This document shows positions 12,948 through 25,965 of a stretch of 64,000 bases of DNA, piece after piece (within the stretch, counting starts at the first letter, position 1; each line of letters begins with the position of its first letter). Source of the stretch: Dudresnaya verticillata (taxonomy: Eukaryota); the NCBI GenBank assembly GCA_977862235.1, contig OZ374558.1, positions 1,240,001 through 1,304,000 on the forward strand, given 5' to 3'. The notes under the pieces were generated by a model. It made no database searches and was not told where the DNA came from. It worked only from the letters and a program-made list of their open reading frames with translations. The position numbers and the translations under genes were made by a program.

Positions 12948-15900
12948 TGTCGTTTCAGGAACGGATAGCGGACGATAGGGTGCCTATCGTGTTGCGCTTC
13001 GGCTCCCTGGCGGGACCGATGAGCGGGGTATTCCCCTTCGTCTTTGACGATTAATGTAGCTGTAGTGGTTGGTTGCTAGGGCGAGGGGTTGTCCTTATTT
13101 GTTTTTAGCCCAGTAAACTTCGGCCATTGTCAGCGTCTGTTCGTTTCGCGTTTCGCGTTGGCCTTAGGCCGTAGCCTGTGAGCCCCTTTCGACTTTGCGT
13201 CGTGTTCTTGATTGCCCGCTGCAGTAGCGTTGGCTTTTGATGCCATTAGCCTTAGCCGTGCGTTGCGCTTCGGATGCGTTTGGCTAGTAGTGTAATACAG
13301 TGCAAGGCTTGCAGAAGCGGCGTGGAACTATTTCAGGATCGCGAATAGCGCCTGAGATCGAGATTGGAAGTGAACCTTCCAGGTAACTGACAAGTGGTCC
13401 ATTTCGGGACACATCCAGTGTTATGTTATGATTATTTATTAGTAGTGTAGGCGGGCCTTGTACAGAGTCCTCAGAAGCGGTGTCAGGGGCCCAGACGGTA
13501 GCCTTTTTCCATATAAGGTGCACCATTGTGGCAACTACTGCACAGTAAAGGTAAGCACCCTTCCGGCCCAAACCCGTTTCCAAGCCATCGGCACCGAAGC
13601 GCACTCGTCACCCGCGCCCGGTTAACCGCCCGCCCAGTGAACGGTTACGATGCCGTGCTTCCGTTAAGGGTACAATTGTTCTGTCAGGTTTTGGGTTCTT
13701 CCGCTCTACCACTGCTACCGAGGATCCGCTCTGCGTTACTGTTGGGGAGTTGTACTCTCTGAGTTAGCAAGAGACCTAAAAGGAACTACCTTACAAGTAG
13801 TGTCCGCTGTAGTAGCGTTTTTGTTCGTCTTGGACGTGCGGCGGTTGGCGTATTTCCGCTGACTTAGCGTTTTTGTAATGCGTGTGTCGCGCTGCGCTTT
13901 GGGCGTTTTTTGTCGGCGTCCTGGACGAGGGTCGCGAAGGCGGTAAGGTAGGTGTTGACGCCTTGGCGTTGCCGCCCCTTTCTTCTTCGACATTACTCCT
14001 TGGGGGTAGGGTAGGGAATGGTTGCGCTCGCGCGACTGAGGCCGCGGCGGCCGTCGGCAGCGGCGGAGTCGTTGGCGATTTGTTGGCGCGTGGTGCACGG
14101 AACCCACGGCAACTGCGTCTTCAAACACCTCCCCCCTTCGGGGGTGGGTTTGTCGGTGCGCCCCTTCTTCGGCGAGTTACGTCGGAGACGTGCAGCGGGT
14201 GCTTTCGCGCGAGACCGTGGCCGGCAGGGTGGCGGTCTCAGGGACTTGGCCGTGGTGCGAGTGCACGGCTCGACGTCGGAGACGGTTGTTGCGCGATGCC
14301 ACTTGCGCCTGTCGTCGCTGGTGCTCGTAGCACCTGCTCAGCCACTTGGCATGATTGCGTTCGGCGTGCGTTGACGGCTGGGTGGTGCGCGCTGCCGTGT
14401 TTGGAAATTAAAAATTGACCAAGTACTTCCTCCGATTACCCGAGGGGCGCGGGCGGCGGATCTCGATTTGCGATCTGGATCCACTGTCGGGGGCGGGAGT
14501 GGCTGTGAGTACGGGTTCGACGCCGCTACAACGGTTCCACGTGGCCGACTAAGCGATCACTGCGTGCTGCGGATGGGCCGAGGTAGCGCCGCCCCTCCGC
14601 CGCGTACGGAACAGATCAGTGGATGTATGGAGGGCCATCTGCGTGCAGCACACGGTCTTGCGGTGCCGTAACCGCGATTCGGTGCTGTTGCACTGAGCCT
14701 GACGGCGGTGGCTGTGCGGCGTTTCGGCGACTGCAGCACAGCGGACACGACACGGTTGAGAAATAAATGCAAAAGTGGGGCATTTTCCCACAGCAGCACA
14801 GCGCGCGCAAGTTGTCCCTTGCCGCCGCCGCCTCTTCTGACTGCAGCACTCCTCTGCAAATGGGAAACGTTCTCATTTCAAGTCTGGCAGCTGCTATTGT
14901 TGCTGGATGATGCACGCGATTGAAGCATCTTTTTACATTTGAAGTTTGGGAAGAACACGGCCAGAGACTGTAGGGTGGCGCACCGGCGGATCCGCGTCGA
15001 GAGCACGGTTTTGACGTGCGGTAAGGCATGCAGAGAAGAAGCATTGAGACTGTTCATGTAGAATAAGAATAGGTTGAGCGAGGACTTTATTCTCTCTAAG
15101 AGAAAATAAACCATGCCCAAAGGATCCCTCAGTTTAAACGTGGCATTTGCCCTTGAACTGCTACTCGTTCATCTCTAGTCGAGTACTGAAGCCGGCTCCC
15201 CATATTGATGCATCAATATTTCCGTCAAGAACTGGTAGCCGTATCAGCAGCGGTGGTGTATTTATTTCACTGCCCCGTCTTTCTGAAGGTGGAGGGTACT
15301 TCTAAAGCTTCCTTCTCACGTGCGCCACTCGAAAGACTATGATTCACAGCAATATCACCTAGAAGCGAGCCCAGGAAAAAGAAAGCTTCGAGGCCCGAGA
15401 AGGGTGTAGTAGATTTGGGGCAGAAAAGGCCTGATATTCACCAACAGTGGACGCTTGTCATCGCCCTCATATAAAAATGCTTTAAGCGATGCCAGGAAGG
15501 GGCGCTCCTGATATAATACTCTGAGGGGCATTTGCGGAGCAGAACAGTGGTCCAGACTCCAATAGAAGAAAAGGCAAGAAAGCTGGCAGCCATAAGGACT
15601 CGGAAGGGGATAATGTACCGTTGTGTACGGAAAACTCCGGCTCTTTGTGGAAGCACTTGGAAGTGCAATGGCACGTCTGGCCTTTCCCCGTGTAGTAGCA
15701 GCCTATGCAGGGCCCGGGCTCCGAGACAAGCAGAAAAGCCAGTCCCAGAGCGACCCCAGCCGACAAGACCTTGGCGCCTACGTCGTTGGTCAGGCAGAAG
15801 TGCACGTCGCCTCACGGCTCTGATCGAAGCCGAAGGTTTCCTAAGCCCACGTTATCGTGGAATGATAGTGCGACCCCGAAACTCTTCATAATTTGCTTAG

Positions 15901-16555
15901 ATTCATCCTGCGCTGGGGACTCCCGCCCATTTGCAAGACGCGTCATAAGAAGTGCGTGAGAACCAACAAGAACACTTCCTTCGGTACTACTAGAAACAAA
16001 CAATAAAGTCTAACATCTCAAGTTCACGCAACCTCCTGTGGTTCACTCAACATTTTATACTATTGATGCACACGTACAGCTTCCACTGAATAAAGACCTT
16101 CACCTGGGCCCTATCTAATGCAAAAATGGCCTGTCACCTTCGCTGCCCCGTACGGCTCCTGCTCCCGTGTGGATAGCATTGGGCTCGGTTGCGATCGCCT
16201 CCTCGGCTACACGCAAAAAACATTAATCGTTTCAAAACAAAAAGTCGTGCTTGTCCAGCGCCGGGCGTAACAAACTATATCTCCGTCGAGGAAGAGTTCC
16301 GTCCAACATCCCAAGAAGTTGGCTGTATGTTTGTTCTAGTTACGTAAGCCCCCACGTGGCAGACCCAAATCAATCTCGCGCCAGGTAATAATACCCCTCA
16401 ATTTGGAAGGACCTGCGACGTCCTCATTTGTTGCCCTGAATGTCTTTCCCTGCTTCGGGCCCTGATATGGGTAAAGACGCCCTTGTGTTGCAATACCTTT
16501 CTCCCTTTCAGCAAAAGCAGACGGTTTCTTGCTGCTCATCTAACAAACAATCTGG

Positions 16556-16562
16556 TATAAAT
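16556..16562 (+). promoter_or_regulatory. Candidate TATA box of the secreted peptide gene
   Basis: TATAAAT about 120 bp upstream of the ATG at 16679, followed by a C/A-rich leader. Same motif at 27414-27420. Confidence 0.5.
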
Positions 16563-16678
16563 GCGCTCCCTACGCTGCCCTCTTCCTCAACGAGCAGCTC
16601 GCAACCCGAAAGAGCAACCCGACACACCCCAATTCAAAAACCTTCCCCAAATCAACTTGAAACAACTCACCGAAAAAT

Positions 16679-16912
16679 ATGGCTCTCTTCAAGATATTTG
16701 CGGTGTTGTCCATGATCCTCCTTGTCTCCGGGTCTGTGGGTGCTGCAGCGGTCACCAAGGTCGACAAGAACCCGGAGCTCACAGTAGAGTCCATGACGAG
16801 GATGATGAAGGAGTTATTCCCATGCCAGACGGATTCTGACTGCAACAAGCAGATGAGCGGTTATTCGTTCTGTGACAGAACACATGCCTTCTGCATTCCG
16901 TTGTACAGGTAA
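16679..16912 (+). CDS. Small secreted cysteine-rich peptide precursor (77 aa), copy 1
   Basis: ATG start, hydrophobic signal peptide (MALFKIFAVLSMILLVSGSVGA), short pro-like segment, C-terminal C-x5-C-x9-C-x6-C (CQTDSDC...FC...FC), upstream TATA motif. Confidence 0.75.
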   Translation: MALFKIFAVLSMILLVSGSVGAAAVTKVDKNPELTVESMTRMMKELFPCQTDSDCNKQMSGYSFCDRTHAFCIPLYR

Positions 16913-17164
16913 ATATTGGTCGAAAGAGCTGCATAATCGGTTTCGGAAGGAGATAGAAGGCAGATTTGAGAATGTATCTATCGCTACGATGTTTGCGGGA
17001 ATGGAGACAGAAAGAGATAGACTTTACATGAGTTGACGCATTTGATGAACTCAACAGAATGCGAAGTTGTTCCATTCCCTTTTTGAAGCTCACAGAGTAA
17101 AAAGTGTCGCAGATATGCAGAGTTTGTCTTTTAGCCGCTCCATTACATTTCCGTTCCATTACAG

Positions 17165-18316
17165 TGTTGTAGACAGGGTGTTTATGGAATAGAAACAGGC
17201 TTGCGGGGATGAAACAACCGTTATCTCGTTGGTCGAATCAACGGTGTGTCAGGAGCGGGCTCGACAATACTGCCGGGGAATATTAAAGCATTACGTTGGA
17301 TACTTAGCTCCACTTTCCGGTCGGTAGGTCTTCAAAGACCCGTAACGCCGTTCTTTGACCCTGAGAACGCGGTTCTACAACGGCTCTCAGAATCGCGGCA
17401 ATCTCTCCCGCGGCCCTCTGCAACATTCCTCCCAAGTTGAAATCACGGTCACTTATTGGCTGACGGTTTTTGAGTCAATGGCTGGGCGTGGTCCATTCTG
17501 GACAGTTCTGAACAGTTCCGGACGGTGATTGGCTGTTCTCCTGCGCCGCCAGCGCCCAACTGTACCATTGGTTGGATATGGCTGGCTGTGGTTGGCTTGC
17601 CAGACCGGTACATGGCCAGTGGTTGGCTGAAACAATCCTTGGGGCCATCCACAAGCCATTCTTGATGCCCCACTCGCAATGCCTTCCACTGTGTCTACCG
17701 ACCTTGCCCCGAGAACAGTTCAGTCAGTCTTTTGCTCCAGGGAGATTGACGTACTTGCGTAACGCAATGGTGCGGAAGTTGCCGGGTGGACTGCTTGCTC
17801 TTACCCCTACGTGAGCGACTGCTGTCAACTGCTTCTGTGAGGGGAATTCTGTTGTCGCCCAGAACGCCAGGGACCCAAGCTGTTCTGTAGGGAATAGTCA
17901 GGCCCGCAGAGGGAATTCCAGCGCTCGTAAGTATCAACTGTGTCCGGTGTCCGGATATCTGCCAAGCGGGGCAGGATCAGCCTCTCCTTTCAGGTGAGCA
18001 CAGATTGTACTTGTTTGCCCGATATATGTGGGGTAGGCACAGTGTGAGAGCGTGACAGCGGAAGATATGCCAATACCGAGACTGGCGGCGGTTTTTTGTG
18101 TTGCCCGGACTGGCAATTGAAGCTCCTTCCAGGTTGTAGCTGATAAAGCGCCATCAAGTATGCTTAGAAGAGAGAGAGCGCGAGAGAGAAAGAAAGAGAG
18201 CTGAGAAAGCTAGGACATTAGAGACCGAGACCGACGCTCAGTGAAATATTGAATTGAACCCCTCTCTTTCTGCTTTCTGCTCTCTCCAGCTCTGTCCAGG
18301 ACCACTATGAACAACA
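17165..18316 (+). mobile_element. Possible solo LTR (~1.15 kb); duplicate at 28023-29174
   Basis: TGTTGT...ACAACA inverted termini, GA-rich then CT-rich tracts near the 3' end, no convincing ORF. The flanks do not form a TSD. Confidence 0.35.
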
Positions 18317-18619
18317 GGGAACACTTAAATCATAATCTTGGGAATGGTACGATACGATCTAGAGATAGTGCTAAATAGGGGAAGGCGCTTGTCGCCTGGT
18401 GTGTTCTAGTGTAAAAGACTCCTCGAGGGAAACTGCTCGCTTCTACACCGTGGAGCTCATGTCAGGTTTTTTGGACTACTCTGATAGAGAGAGAAGACAA
18501 ATTTATAGATGCAGAAGCTAAAAGGTACGCTACTTCGCCCAAGAGACTAAAGAGACAATGGAGAAGGCAAGCAGACGGCGGTTCATAGCTAAAGATTGAA
18601 GCAAATGAGAGATAAACCG

Positions 18620-20997
18620 GACCAGCACTCACGAGGTAGTGTCAGGGATCCCCGACACCAACTCCAAACAGTCCCCTTATCCGCAGCTCCGTCGGGCCGG
18701 CCGCTCCACCAACGCCGCTTGCCGCTTTCCCTCCTCTACTCACGCCCACATCCGCGCAAAGCGTGTTTTGACCTGGGACGCGAAACCCAGCTTGCTCAAC
18801 TTTCCTCTGCACGCCACTCTTTCGACCCGCGCAAGCACGTCTTGGCCAGCTTGAACTGCCTCCCTACCGATCATTGCGCCGCAGCTGGCCCCCTCTTCCA
18901 CTCCTGTATAACTTTGCGTTGTATGAGCGCACTTGGGGGCGGTTCTGGAAGACATTGATGGATGCCCGCGCAGCGTGCGGTGAAAACATTCCCCAATGGC
19001 GGCTGCGAGTGTGGCTGTATGCTCACCACTTCGCCGTAACGCCCAGTAGCACACACGACCGCACGCACAGACGCTGTCACTTCTGTCACTCGAAGACCCC
19101 GACCCATCCGCTGTCGCCCGCGTCTGCGACGCGCTGCGAGCCATCCGTCGTACATGCCTCGAAGAATACCCCTCACCGCATGCCACCCAATAGACAGGCC
19201 CACTCACTACCACATCTGCACTCTGTAGGGTATCACTCCCCGCCCATCAATCGACCGTGTGCAGGCAAATGGGCCAAAGTCGCCTACACAGGACCACGTT
19301 AAACAACAAAAAATACAACAACACATGTTTGCTTCTCAGTTGCGACTTGTGAAAGCTTCTGCTCTCTCTAAGACAGATTGTTCCGCTCAACCTACAGTAG
19401 CAGCCATTTCCCGACCCCGGGAGTCGTCCTTGCACTCCACATTCTGCAACATTGTCTCCACAGACGCCACCGCATCTCCATGCTTTGAGTATATGTTACT
19501 GGCGTACCATACTCCGCAGAAAACCACATGTTCCGTATAGGCCCAGTCTCGCTTCGCATGAACCGTGTGGTAACTCGTGGCGCGCAGCGTTGCGAAGGGA
19601 AAGTGTACAACTGGGAAAGGAAACGGACGCGGGTGGACAAGAGCGAATCGGCTGGCGATGCACCTTGGGCGATCCTCTCGATCCTCTCCACTTCACGTGG
19701 GGTCTGCCCCGAAGGGCTCTGGCCTTTATGACACTACTCTCTATTGAGCAAATCTGCTCCTACCAGCTTCCAGACAGGGAACAGCTTGCTGTCGGTGCGC
19801 CAGCGAGCTTGACAGTCATCTTGAGAAATACTTTTCCCTGACAACAGACAGTTCCAGGCCGCGAACCAACACACGTGTGCCATCGCGTAAGCGCCCACGC
19901 CTTGCGGAGCCGCAAGGCTGCGATCGCTTCCAATGCGTGAAGCGCTGCTCGCGAGCACAGTGCTCCGCGTCACAACCGGCATTAGAACTACTGGTTCCTG
20001 TCAACCATCTTCCGACTCTTCCCTGTCATTTGGGGACGTTCCCAATTCCGCCCCGCCGACTCCACGCGTCCCTCTAGCCTAGGTTCTGCCTTGCATCCCA
20101 CCCCATCATTCCTACCATCCATAGAATCTCTTACGTCGTTGAGTAAATCTGGCGGATTGGCCTCCGCGATGCTCATGACGCCTCCGCCTCCGCCGTCTCC
20201 ACACAGAAGCACGGGATTATTATGTGCTGACTCATAGGCCATTGTTTCCGATTCTGGTGCACTTTTGATCATCTCGTAAAGTTTAATCTCACTCCCAGCT
20301 CAATAGAGTTTACGAGCACCTCCGTGCTCTTCATTTACGGGTACGACTACCTGTCCCCGCTGTGAGGCTGGTAATCGGAGTCGTGTTTCTCTCTTGGATC
20401 CCTACGGCCATCAGGCCACCGTATGCACTGCTCAAGAGGGTGTTGTTTCGCTGCCACAACATGCTTCAAGATAAGCTTGTCGAGTTTATTTTGTCGCTCT
20501 CATGGGCTCGACGCTCGTGTTGCAGCGCCGTTTCCCAACCCGACGCATCCTGATCGTGGCTCTACCATCTCGATTTGTTCATTGATGATCCGACTTTTGC
20601 TTCATTTCCACAAGCGTTCGACGTTTCCATCATAAGTTCTCATTCCCATTCAAGCTTGTCTGGCTATGTTTCTGGGCAGACCTTTGCCGCTCGCGAGCGT
20701 TCCAAGCGCCGACACTATCGTGATATTTGTCGTATTCATGGCATTACCCTTCATCCGTTGGTAATGGATATCTACGGTCGAGTTGGAATCAGCAATTATT
20801 CCGGACAGTAAAAACTTGCAAACTTTATCGCGGACAAGAAAGGCTCGAATCCGCTTGTTGAGAAGAATCCTCTCCTTACTCGCCTATTTTCGTTTGTGCT
20901 CCAATATGTAGCCCTTACTGTGAATCGTCGGCTACTTCTCAGCGCCTCCAGTCCTTTCTCGTATTCTCTTCCCCTAATGCTCCCCCCTTGGTCCTAA
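18620..20997 (+). mobile_element. Decayed, internally deleted CRE-like (RLE-type) non-LTR retrotransposon, copy 1
   Basis: QLAVG RT-region motif (~19780), LDPYGHQATVC zinc-knuckle remnant (~20400), and QAFDVSIIS...RERSKRRHYRDIC...LHPLVMDIYGRVG endonuclease region homologous to 22102-22485. The 5' boundary is approximate. Confidence 0.8.
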
Positions 20998-21005
20998 GCT
21001 CTCGG

Positions 21006-21743
21006 CTACGACTCAGAAAGCTCCTCGAGCCTTTTCCTGGCTTTACGAGACCCCAAACCTGCAGCTCTCTGGTACAGTTCAATCGCCTTTGGCAAGTCCC
21101 TCTTCACTTCTGCATGATCACTCTCCAAGATCCGGGCCAGTTCGTACATCGACCCTATATCTCCTGACGCAATGCCTTGCTCCAGCAACGTCATGCTACG
21201 TGGAACATCTCTGTTGACACCTTCCCTTCCAAAGAACAGAATTAGGCTGAGCTCAACAATGGACGGGAGGAATCCACCATCGATAGCATACTGATAATAC
21301 CCAATTCCCATTTCAGTATCCTTTTCATATCCCCAACTCCCTTCAAGATATCGCGTTCCCAGAAAATGTGCGGCGGACATGCTGCCATTTTCCAAGGAGT
21401 GTGTAATAAGAATTCTCCCGCGGTGTCTATCAGTAGGGACAGCCACATCTGGGCTCAATAGAATCTCCCCTAGCATGAAACTCGAAATGACATCACCGGC
21501 GATGTGTCCTTGCTCATACAGCTCGCAAGCTCTTGGAAGGTCCTGCGCGACGCCGTCTAGTCCGTGCTGTAGAAAAAATGCCAGCCTGCATCTCGAGCGG
21601 GTGCAGTCGCGTGCGGTGCAGTACTCAAGCAGATCCATTGCTTTTTTCTTGTCCTTTGCGACGCCATTTGTTCCATACCAGTAAGACAGAGCTCTTTCAT
21701 GCTGCTCTGCAAGGCTTCGTCGCTGGTGTTGCCAAGATCTCAT
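21006..21743 (-). CDS. Sel1-like repeat (SLR) protein, copy 1 (first ATG at 21743; frame stays open to 21875)
   Basis: About six SLR units: YWYGTNGVAKDKKKA, GLDGVAQDLPRACELYEQG, AAHFLGTRYLEGSWGYEKD, GVNRDVPRS, SMYELARILESDHAEVKRDLPKAIELYQRAAGLG. Confidence 0.85.
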   Translation of the reverse strand: MRSWQHQRRSLAEQHERALSYWYGTNGVAKDKKKAMDLLEYCTARDCTRSRCRLAFFLQHGLDGVAQDLPRACELYEQGHIAGDVISSFMLGEILLSPDVAVPTDRHRGRILITHSLENGSMSAAHFLGTRYLEGSWGYEKDTEMGIGYYQYAIDGGFLPSIVELSLILFFGREGVNRDVPRSMTLLEQGIASGDIGSMYELARILESDHAEVKRDLPKAIELYQRAAGLGSRKARKRLEELSES

Positions 21744-22101
21744 GTTTCCCGTTTTGCGGCCTATCTCCTGGAAGCAAAGATGTCGAGCTGAGGAGCTCGC
21801 GCGTGTTCCTGGTTGGGGAAGGACGGCTCTTTGTGGTGTCAATACCACCGCGAAGATGTGTTGGTAATACAGCACATTTCCGTGGATCTAGCGCTACTTC
21901 GGGAAAGACGTGTGCTAGTTGGACGAAAAAAGGCGCGACTGGAAGTGGATCACGGCGCCAATCCGGATTGGAGACAGCGAGCGACGTGCACGAAGTTTTG
22001 GAAACTTTTCGACACCGGTTCGAAAATGTTTCGGGGTAAACGTCTGATGTCACTTTACGAAAGCATGAAGCTAGAGCATCCCTACTGGATATTCTTAAGC
22101 A

Positions 22102-24151
22102 CTACATAGGAGGCAAATCTGCAGGAGTCATGCGGCGACGATTGACGCTGCCGGCGACAAACAGCGTAACAAATGAGACAAGACGATTCAAGAGAGCATG
22201 TTTCTCAGCAAGCGGGCAAGTGCCTTTCTTTTCGGCGAGAAAGTTGGCGAAGACTTGAGCGCCGATGTCGAAGCCAGCACCGGTGCGCCCATATATATCA
22301 ATGACCATCGGGTGCAGCTCGATGTCATAATGATCACAAACAGCGCGGTAATAGTTACGTTTCGCCCTCTCGCGGGCAAGGATGGCCTGACCAGCGATGC
22401 GACCGGTTCTGCCCGGCAATGAATGGGGACTGGCGACAGAGGCATCGAACGCTTGTTCTTTAGGATCAAAGCTGCGATCGTCCATGTAGATGTCTAGGTG
22501 AAGCGGGTCGGGGTGGGGTCAGAAGGATCGACAAAGGGCTCTTCCAGGCGAAGTTGGACACCATGATGAAGCGAAACAGTACGAACATGACCAGCGAGTT
22601 TGTCCTGAAGGCCGTTGTGGCGACAGATAGAACCTTTGCGAGCGCCACAGAATGTGGCATGGTGCCCATATCGGTCGAGCAGAGGGATAGAGGAGCGGGT
22701 GCCAGCTGCGCAGCGGGAGCATGGGAGGTCGCCACTGAACAACGGGAGACTGAGACGAAGGCGGACCATGGTCTTCCAGATCTCAGGCTCGACGCGAAGA
22801 TCACTCCCGTGAAAAGGGATAGTTCTGAATGGGCGAGCAGAGTTTGAGGTACCAGTAGATTGGAGTCGTACACGAGTGCGGATGTCGCCAGCATCATGAG
22901 AGGCAGGCGTCAGGGTAGAAAGGTTATCAAGCAGGAGCCGGTTGTTTAAGTCGTGTTGTAGAGCTAGAGCGTACGTGGGCTGGAAGGCAGTGGATAAATC
23001 CCGAGCCAGTAGCAAGTCCATGGAATAGGGTGCGGCAGATGGCGAGAGGAATAAAATGCTCTGTATGCCTCGTAAAGGAGCAGAGAGGGTAGTACGAGCG
23101 CTAAAACCGGAAACGCCGAGTAGAGCAGTGATAGTCGGCAAGCAGGCGAGAACGGAACTCAGAAAGGCAATATCCGGCAAAACCATGAAGTATGCGTGAG
23201 ACCCAAACCGCCTTGATGCAGCGGGAGACCAGCCAATTCCCAAGCCCTGTTGGTCAGAGCCCCATGCGTTTCCTCAAAAACGCCTCGCATGTTGTTGCCG
23301 TGGTGACACGCACCAACCCGGGCAATTTGCGGTGGGGTTGTTCGAAGGAGATACACGAGCTTGCTGGCACCAGCAAAGTAGCGAAGGAGGTGAAACATTA
23401 ACTGCGGGTCTCCAAGTGCGGAGAGACGAGAAAAGATATGCTGCACAACGCTTTGGCGTTGCTGGGTAAACTGGAGGCACCCGTGCCCGGTACCGACAGG
23501 GGGCCCAAGAATATCAATGCATGGAGAACGGTTCAGATGACACGGAAGCGTGGTGACAACCGAGCGGCGCATGGAGAACGGTCGGATCCACCAAGCCTCG
23601 GTCTTATTCATTTGCATCCGGAAACCAATAGAGGCCCCCCGATCTTGTAAGAATGAAAGGATTTCAGAAGCAGCGGAAAGCGGAGCAACGATGTTGAGGC
23701 CATCCTCGTAGCATGCAACCAAGGGAAGGTCGGGGAAGGCAGCAATGAGCTGGTCAAGGAGAGGTTGAAAGGCAAGGGCAAAGAGTAGCATACTGAGCGG
23801 ATCCCCTTGTTGGGTTCCGGTGCGACTCCAGATAGTGTGGGGCCCGAACAGTAAAAGGGGGTCGCTGTAGAAAAGATAGTGCACAACCTTGGCGAGGTGC
23901 AGAGCATACTGAATAACCTGAGGGAGCAAGTGAGAACGGTCGATTGTGTTGAATGCGTTTTCGGCATCGATACGCAAAAGAACGAGGTCTTCAGAGTCGT
24001 TGTTGTCCACCACCACTCGGATAGCCTGCACCAAGGCCTCACAGCCGTTGGGGACACCAACAGCAAGCTGGTGAGGAAGGAGGTAGTTTAAGATGCTGGC
24101 GTCTTGAGAAGCGCTTTGGTTAAGAAGCCGACTGACGAAACGGCGGAGCAC
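22102..24151 (-). mobile_element. 5'-truncated CRE-clade non-LTR retrotransposon (RT, CCHC, restriction-like endonuclease), frameshifted
   Basis: QLAVGVPNGCEA, LRIDAENAFNTIDR, TGTQQGDPLS, degenerate YxDD (CYEDG), CSRC...LDRYGHHATFC...RHN, AFDASVASPH...RERAKRNYY...LHPMVIDIYGRTG. Confidence 0.92.
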
Positions 24152-25249
24152 AGCTCAAAATTGAACGGGCTCTTCTCAGAAGCTTCGTGAAGTGGCACAA
24201 TATCAAGCTTTCCGCCGCATGATGGGGAGATATTCGAGACCCTAGCGCCTCACCCAGATTCTCGAACGCGAAGGCCTCGATGACAAAGCCAATAACATAC
24301 GCTATAAAACCGAAAAAACTCGAGGGGGAAACACAATGCCCATCTGCAACATCGACGATGGTGTATGAACCAATTCCGGAGAACCGGGCGCTGGCGATCG
24401 AGCCGTTCGAGGACGCGCTATTCGCGCTGCCGTTTTGTATGGCAATGCGGGTGGATCAGAATATGTGGAACAGGAGATACTGGTCTTGTGGCGCACAGAT
24501 AAAAACTGATGCACGCGGAAGAATAGCCCGGAGCACGGGTCCGGCAGCTTGAGATCTTAGTGGCCCTCTTGTGGGACACGAGGTTTCCGTTTGATTAGGA
24601 GAAGCGCTAACCTGACTCATTCAGCTGAAACGGCGAGTAGAACGGAAGATTGTGCATCACAGTCGGGCCGCGCGAAGAGAAGAAATGAAGGCAGTAGGTC
24701 ACAATTTGTTGCAGATTACAACCGCACTACAGAATCAATGAGGCGCGTGCACAACTTCGTTATACGCCAAGACCAAGGAGCTGTTCAATTCTTGTTGGGA
24801 AGCCTGCAAGGTGTCTTGTTCGAACTCATGGATCGTGTGCTGCGGCTGCGATTCCGCTGTTGTGTGTTATTCTTAATCTGCGGTAGGTTGTAGGGTTGGG
24901 CGGGGTGGTTAGAGGCAGATGTGAGGGGAACTGCAGAATACGATGCGCACTCGGTGGATAAGTTGCGTCGGGAGCGGGAGGGGCGTGACTACGCGTTCGA
25001 CGCCGCTACAACGGTTCCACGTGGCCGACTGAGCGATCACTGCGTGCTGCGGATGGGCCGAGGTAGCGCCGCCCCTCGGCGTAAGGAACAGATCAGTGAA
25101 TGTATGGAGGGCCATCTGCGTACAGCACACGGTCTTGCGGTGCCGTAACCGCGATTCGGTGCTGTTGCACAGAGCCTGACGGCGGTGGCTGTGCGGCGTT
25201 TCGGCGACTGCAGCACAGCGGACACGACACGGTTGAGAAATAAATGCAA

Positions 25250-25965
25250 ACGTAGGGCATTTTCCCACAGCAGCACAGCGCGCGCAAGTTGTCCCTTGCC
25301 GCCGCCGCCTCTTCTGACTAAACACTCCTCTGCAAATGGGAAACGTTCTCATTTCAAGTCTGGCAGCTGCTATTGCCGCTGGATGATGCACGCGATTGAA
25401 GCATCTTTTTACATTTGAAGTTTGGGAAGAACACGGCCAGAGACTGTAGGGTGGCGCACCGGCGGATCCGCATTGAGAGCACGGTTTTGACGTGCGGTAA
25501 GACATGCAGAGAAGAAACATTGAGACTGTTCATGTAGAATAAGAATAGGTTGAGTGAGGACTTTACTCTCTCTAAGAGAAAATAAACCATGCAGGGGGAC
25601 AGTATGCACTAGACGGAGGGAGAAATCATACAACTTGAGCCTTCCTTGACTGCGTGTCCAGAAAGCCCAACTACACAAGCGATGTGACGCCAAACGCCGA
25701 GTAATTATCATTCGTCCTCTTCCCCTAATGACCTAATGAGGTCATGGATCCTGACATTCCATGGATATAGTATTCCATGCATCCTTTTGGTTGGTGCACA
25801 GCGATTGCCTCCTCCACGCAACACCGATGCCACGAATATTGACGCCACGGGCAAACTTGCACAGCGCCAGAGGATTTCGATGATAGCCTTTCCACAAGCA
25901 GAGCATTTAACTCATTATTGAGAACTCGTTCTTCCACTCCCACAACGCAAGTAAACTTTGGATCG
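25250..25965 (-). pseudogene. Possible heavily decayed protein-kinase remnant upstream of Sel1 copy 1 (paralogous pieces at 14770-15115 and 33500-33921)
   Basis: 25661-25965 is clearly homologous to 33611-33916. Only faint kinase-like motifs appear, in the expected order (YIHGMS, PILILHEQ, PDLK*(E/N)), with stops and frameshifts. Confidence 0.3.

Larger units (their letters stand above)
14486..21909. repeat. Segmental duplication, copy 1 (partner 24967-32815)
   Basis: 15117-21800 matches 25975-32660 at offset 10858. 14486-15115 matches 24967-25592. Copy 2 has about 380 extra bp (25593-25974). Confidence 0.97.

Noticed and set aside
15438..16003. Minus-strand ORFs with vague kinase-like fragments (AKVLSAGVA, GTL..SE)
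   Set aside because: No invariant residues are intact; too weak to call.
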